In this document: positions 60,721 through 64,000 of the stretch, piece by piece | Layout of the letters: every line of letters starts with the position of its first letter | Numbering within the stretch: position 1 is the first letter of the stretch | Assembly: GCA_041648735.1 (NCBI GenBank) | Contig: JBAZOO010000011.1 | Location: forward strand, 13,540 to 77,539 | Source of the DNA: Lentisphaeria bacterium | GTDB lineage: Bacteria > Verrucomicrobiota > Lentisphaeria > Oligosphaerales > CAITYL01 | Direction of reading: 5' to 3' | Length of the DNA: 64,000 nucleotides | Program-made: the position numbers and the translations under genes | The notes under the pieces: generated by a model | What the model saw: only the letters and a program-made list of their open reading frames with translations | Database searches by the model: none | What the model was told of the DNA's origin: nothing

Positions 60721-60850
60721 CGATGGGGCCGACGCTGCGCGTCGGCCCCATCGGTGCGGGTGAGCCACCGGCGCTATGGGCCGCGCAGCGCGGCCCATCA
60801 CTCGGGTCGAGTACGACCCGCCCCTGCGGGGCCGGCGACTCACCCGCACC
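60721..60850. other. cluster of nested perfect GC-rich palindromes (REP-like or structured-RNA-like element)
   Basis: Hairpin 1 at 60721-60753 has a 15-bp stem and 3-nt loop. A 12-bp long-range pairing (60753-60764 with 60839-60850) encloses three further hairpins: 60776-60798, 60803-60820 and 60821-60831. Confidence 0.7.
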
Positions 60851-60920
60851 GATGGGCGCCCCAGAACCGCAAATGACAATGCGGCACAGTGGGTAAGAAT
60901 GAGCACATGGAGACACCCCT

Positions 60921-62138
60921 ATGACATGGCTGAACAATATCGGTCGCGCGTTTTCGCTGCGATGGCACCTTCGTGGCCTTCGCAGTGCACACTGGCAAAA
61001 GAGGGTCTCGTCAGCCCAGGCACTTGCAGGCATGAAGGATGCACGCAGCGTGGAAGCCCTCATACAGTGCTTACGTGATACCAATACCGACGTGCAGGCG
61101 GCATGTGCCCATGCACTCGAAACCCTCGGGGACAAACGCGCCATTGAACCTTTGGTGACATTGGTAAACGCGCAAACACGGGATTGCGGCGACCCCGATT
61201 ACATTGTCCGTTTCACGGACAGCCACGAGCGCCTCCATACAATAGCCCACACTCTCGCCGTCATTGGCCAGAATGATGCTGTTCAACCCTTGTTCGATCA
61301 ACTCACGAACTCACCAAACCAGTTGGCCTGCACGATCTTGGCCAAAGAACTGGCAAGCATCGGGGCGCAAGCCGTACCGGCATTGCTGGAGGCCCTAGCC
61401 AATAAAGGACCACACGTTAGGAGATGTGCTGCCATCGCGCTTGGCTCCCATCCAGATAAGCGTTCATTGCTTCCCCTCATCAAGGCACTGAGAGACTCCG
61501 ATGATGGCGTACGGAAAGAAGCAGCAGAAGCCTTGCGGAAGAGGGGATGGCGTCCGGAGACTGTCGATCAGAGACTTGACATGGTGATTGCCCAAAAGGA
61601 TTGGAGTCGGCTGTCTGAGATGCGTGATGAACTTACGGAGGAATTACGGACGCGGAGCACAGAGGCAATGCTTGCCGAGTTCAACTACCGACCGGCGTTT
61701 GATCCAATCGGCTGGGAAGGAACAGGGTGGAGTAGTTGCGACCTGGATTGGCACGCACGCAATAAGATTGCATACCAGTTGAGAGATCTTGCCGTTCTCA
61801 CTGTGCCAACACTCATCCGGTCTCTCTCCAATACAAGCGACAAGATTCGGAACATCGCGGCAGATGTGCTGTTGCATATCGGAACGCCGTCTCTTAGTCC
61901 GTTGACGAAGTATCTCACGGACACCTCAAAGCCAAACGCCTACAGCGAGCCAATACCTGAAGACACCGCCGAACGAATTGTCGATTGCCTGACTGCGGCA
62001 AGAGAGTTCAAGATCGAATATGAAAAAGCGAAATACAGTTCTGAGAGCATTATCTCCACGAATGAGGTGTACAATGACGTCGTGGGTGTCAACACGACGG
62101 TTTCTAAGCATATGATTTTCAGGCTACTGCAGTTGTGA
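60921..62138 (+). CDS. HEAT-repeat (PBS-lyase/HEAT_2-like) protein, low-GC
   Basis: Repeated units ..A..ALAGMKDARSVEALIQCLRD.N.DVQAACAHALETLGDKRAIEPL.. and ..VRRCAAIALGSHPDKRSLLPLIKALRDSDDGVRKEAAEAL... GGAGA lies 7 nt upstream of the ATG. Confidence 0.8.
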   Translation: MTWLNNIGRAFSLRWHLRGLRSAHWQKRVSSAQALAGMKDARSVEALIQCLRDTNTDVQAACAHALETLGDKRAIEPLVTLVNAQTRDCGDPDYIVRFTDSHERLHTIAHTLAVIGQNDAVQPLFDQLTNSPNQLACTILAKELASIGAQAVPALLEALANKGPHVRRCAAIALGSHPDKRSLLPLIKALRDSDDGVRKEAAEALRKRGWRPETVDQRLDMVIAQKDWSRLSEMRDELTEELRTRSTEAMLAEFNYRPAFDPIGWEGTGWSSCDLDWHARNKIAYQLRDLAVLTVPTLIRSLSNTSDKIRNIAADVLLHIGTPSLSPLTKYLTDTSKPNAYSEPIPEDTAERIVDCLTAAREFKIEYEKAKYSSESIISTNEVYNDVVGVNTTVSKHMIFRLLQL

Positions 62139-62222
62139 CCGTAGCGATGGGCAGCATGCGTCCCATCCCGAGGGATTAGTTAGAGCAAACAAACAGAGCG
62201 CCAACAAGAGCGCGGACCACTA

Positions 62223-62254
62223 CGTTTCACCCGGCGCGGACGCCGGGTGAAACG
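62223..62254. other. perfect 14-bp hairpin (CGTTTCACCCGGCG-cgga-CGCCGGGTGAAACG) between the HEAT gene and the zinc-ribbon gene
   Basis: Read directly. No T-tract follows it. A weaker GATGGG...CCCATC palindrome lies at about 62146-62168. Confidence 0.7.
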
Positions 62255-62297
62255 AGGGTCACGCTCGCCGTTGGCATTCAGAGAAAGGAGAAGTGCG

Positions 62298-62549
62298 ATG
62301 TCGGAAGTCAAGTTCGTGTGTCCGAAGTGCAATCAGTCTCTTGAGGGCGACGAGTCCGTGCGCGGACAGACAGTCGAGTGTCCATCCTGCCATACGCAAA
62401 TCGTAGTGCCTTCAGGACAGAAAGAGCAAAACATCAACCAAGGAAAGGACGGGAGCAACATGAACAGTGCATTTCCAACGATCTCCATCCAGGGAAACAA
62501 AGTTGACGCGACGCGGCATGTTATTCCCCCCGTCCGATCCGCCCCCTGA
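62298..62549 (+). CDS. small zinc-ribbon protein (CPxC...CPxC)
   Basis: AAGGAG lies 7 nt upstream of the ATG. MSEVKFVCPKCNQSLEGDESVRGQTVECPSCHTQIVVP. The last 9 codons and the stop lie inside repeat R copy 2. Confidence 0.7.
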   Translation: MSEVKFVCPKCNQSLEGDESVRGQTVECPSCHTQIVVPSGQKEQNINQGKDGSNMNSAFPTISIQGNKVDATRHVIPPVRSAP

Positions 62550-62568
62550 AATCAAAATTCCTATCAGT
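62521..62568 (+). repeat. direct repeat R, copy 2
   Basis: TTATTCCCCCCGTCCGATCCGCCCCCTGAAATCAAAATTCCTATCAGT, identical to copy 3. Confidence 0.95.
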
Positions 62569-62653
62569 AATTGATGCTGACGGCGTGGTCACCATTAGCG
62601 ACGAGGAATGGCAATGAAGCGAATCGCCGTCATTATCGGCTGCTTGGGAGTGC

Positions 62654-63817
62654 TTGTCCATACAGCACTTGGCCAGATGGCGCGTCCCGCAGGGGGGGGG
62701 CCCGTTAGGGGCTACCCCGCGCCCCCCTACAGTTAGTCAATATGACCGTCTGCTGGTGGCGTATCTATGTGGGATCAAACAAATAGTTAAGAAGAATCAA
62801 GACAATGCTGACGCGGAATACCAAGCAGCCAAAGCCTCTTTCGAAAAACGCGCTGAAGAACTCAACAAGGCAGACATGGCCGCATTGCTTACCAAGCTTC
62901 GAACAGGGGCCAACGCGAACCCCGGCAATCGACTGGATCCCGACGAACCAGCAGAGACCACAATTTATCCCTATATATTGGGGAGTTCGCCCGCTTCGGC
63001 CCGCTTGGTTCAACAACTTTATCAGGACGGTCTGATCAAGGAGTGGCCCCGCTCGCTTTCCTTGCTATGGACACAGCCTGGGATATGCCACGAATGGCTA
63101 ACATTGATTGAGGCTGCGGCAACTGCTAGCCCCAACGACAAAAAACTTGCCGAATTTGCAGAGAAGTTACTGTACTCAAACGGATTCAAACAAGATCGAT
63201 ATCGTCCGTTGTTGCTCAAGCGAGCAGTGGAAATGCATGACGTTCGTTCCTTGGAGTTGTTGTTTTTTAGCAGAAATGCCATTACGGGGCGACTTCAAGC
63301 GAATGTCACTATTGAAAACTTGGCACTTGCCCGACAGTTATCCGGGAAAGGCCAACCGCTAAATATTCGACTGGCCTGTGCTCACTTCGCAACAGAAGTG
63401 TACAACTATTCACTAGCGGAAGAGATCTGCTTGAGTATCCTGCGTCAGGACTATCGCTGTGTGTTACAAGGCCCCAACAATAAACTCTCCAAGGAGGATG
63501 ACGAAGCAGATTCCGCCCTTTTACATGCTCGCCAAGCCGCGCTCACCTTAGGCTTCTACGGAATACGTAGCGAACCAATTTTCCAAGAGGTTTTTCGCTT
63601 GGCTACGTTAAACTCGCCAGACGCCTCCTCAATACCCGCGATCCCTGGTGCCACTCCCCCAAACGCTCAAACGCTTTTTCACTCACTCAGCCGTTTCGAT
63701 TGTGGCTACGCACACGGGTTACTGCTGCGCGTTCGCGAACTTCTTACCAAAGGAGCCTCTGATCTCTCTGATGACCTCACCCCTGACACCTCAGATCCCA
63801 TCAACCCCCCGGAGTAA
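62654..63817 (+). CDS. hypothetical helical protein, low-GC; the body is out of frame with an upstream SD+ATG+signal peptide (62614) across a G9 tract
   Basis: Long ORF with no family recognised. ATG 62614 is preceded by GAGGAA and encodes MKRIAVIIGCLGVLVHTALGQ. That frame stops at 62732-62734, and loss of one G at 62692-62700 would fuse the two frames. Confidence 0.6.
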   Translation: MSIQHLARWRVPQGGGPLGATPRPPTVSQYDRLLVAYLCGIKQIVKKNQDNADAEYQAAKASFEKRAEELNKADMAALLTKLRTGANANPGNRLDPDEPAETTIYPYILGSSPASARLVQQLYQDGLIKEWPRSLSLLWTQPGICHEWLTLIEAAATASPNDKKLAEFAEKLLYSNGFKQDRYRPLLLKRAVEMHDVRSLELLFFSRNAITGRLQANVTIENLALARQLSGKGQPLNIRLACAHFATEVYNYSLAEEICLSILRQDYRCVLQGPNNKLSKEDDEADSALLHARQAALTLGFYGIRSEPIFQEVFRLATLNSPDASSIPAIPGATPPNAQTLFHSLSRFDCGYAHGLLLRVRELLTKGASDLSDDLTPDTSDPINPPE

Positions 63818-63879
63818 ACCATGCGATCAGTCCTTCTGCTTAACACAGTGGCAGTCACCACAAGTCTCAGCATTTTGTC

Positions 63880-63927
63880 TTATTCCCCCCGTCCGATCCG
63901 CCCCCTGAAATCAAAATTCCTATCAGT
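63880..63927 (+). repeat. direct repeat R, copy 3
   Basis: Identical to copy 2. It abuts segment X copy b. Confidence 0.95.
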
Positions 63928-64000
63928 TCTTCCCCAATCCCCAACCCAAAATCGGCAATCCAAAATCCAAACCGGAGTACGACTGACCTGGGCGATTCAT
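63927..64000 (+). repeat. 74-nt segment X, copy b (runs off the window; ends in ATG at 63998)
   Basis: Identical to 60205-60278. Confidence 0.9.

Noticed and set aside
60721-60850. Retron msr/msd, tRNA-like gene or riboswitch for the nested hairpins
   Set aside because: No reverse transcriptase ORF follows. The loops of 3-4 nt and the stem lengths do not fit a tRNA cloverleaf. All-perfect stems without conserved internal loops argue against a riboswitch. Kept only as an unexplained structured element.
60557-63927. CRISPR array or integron cassette array as explanation for the three R repeats
   Set aside because: The spacing of 1.3-1.9 kb, with full genes between repeats, excludes CRISPR. 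There is no intI gene. R has no internal dyad symmetry and no RYYYAAC/GTTRRRY core sites, so it is not a recognisable attC. A 5' stub (MALSEPTLKRELQRAI..) on the opposite strand at 59965 is too short to call an integrase.

Overview
This 64-kb window comes from a high-GC bacterial chromosome (roughly 68-70% GC by hand counts on sample lines). It is most likely a PVC-superphylum organism (Verrucomicrobiota/Kiritimatiellota-like). The evidence is a DUF1559 pseudopilin-type protein and a PEP-CTERM protein with autotransporter-associated beta-strand repeats. All family assignments below are motif recognition by eye; no searches were run.

Layout:
- 0-32 kb, housekeeping genes: speB fragment, BatA-like VWA protein, a minus-strand bioF-bioH-bioC-bioD-trmH operon, larB, ilvB, a minus-strand operon of two Cys/Met PLP enzymes-cysK-larE-like-hydE-like, an Rrf2 regulator, mraZ-rsmH-ftsL-like, an Nfu-type protein, rph, an LpxL-like acyltransferase, a tartrate-dehydrogenase-like enzyme, a sigma-70 factor, and mfd.
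- 33-54 kb, a large glycan-utilisation locus: ABC sugar importer, AraA/FucI-like isomerase, an unassigned 810-aa putative glycosidase, an IclR regulator, a GH94-like phosphorylase, LamG-domain proteins, an esterase, a LacI regulator and a PEP-CTERM protein. It also holds two apparently decayed genes.
- 54-60 kb: gmhB, lemA, gpmI and an orphan sigma54-type response regulator.
- 59.9-64 kb, accessory tail with GC of about 50% between ~60.6 and ~63.9 kb: a degraded IS91-like fragment, then gene blocks delimited by three copies of a 47-48-nt direct repeat and a duplicated 74-nt leader segment. It also contains a cluster of nested GC-rich palindromes and a G9 tract that splits a signal peptide from its ORF body.

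Other observations worth follow-up:
- two tandem paralogous sRNA-like units, each with its own promoter and an identical terminator;
- a stand-alone sigma region-4 paralogue translationally coupled to the sigma factor gene;
- a family of G-poor low-complexity intercistronic spacers.

Many long ORFs in the six-frame track are antisense or out-of-frame shadows typical of high-GC DNA and were not called.
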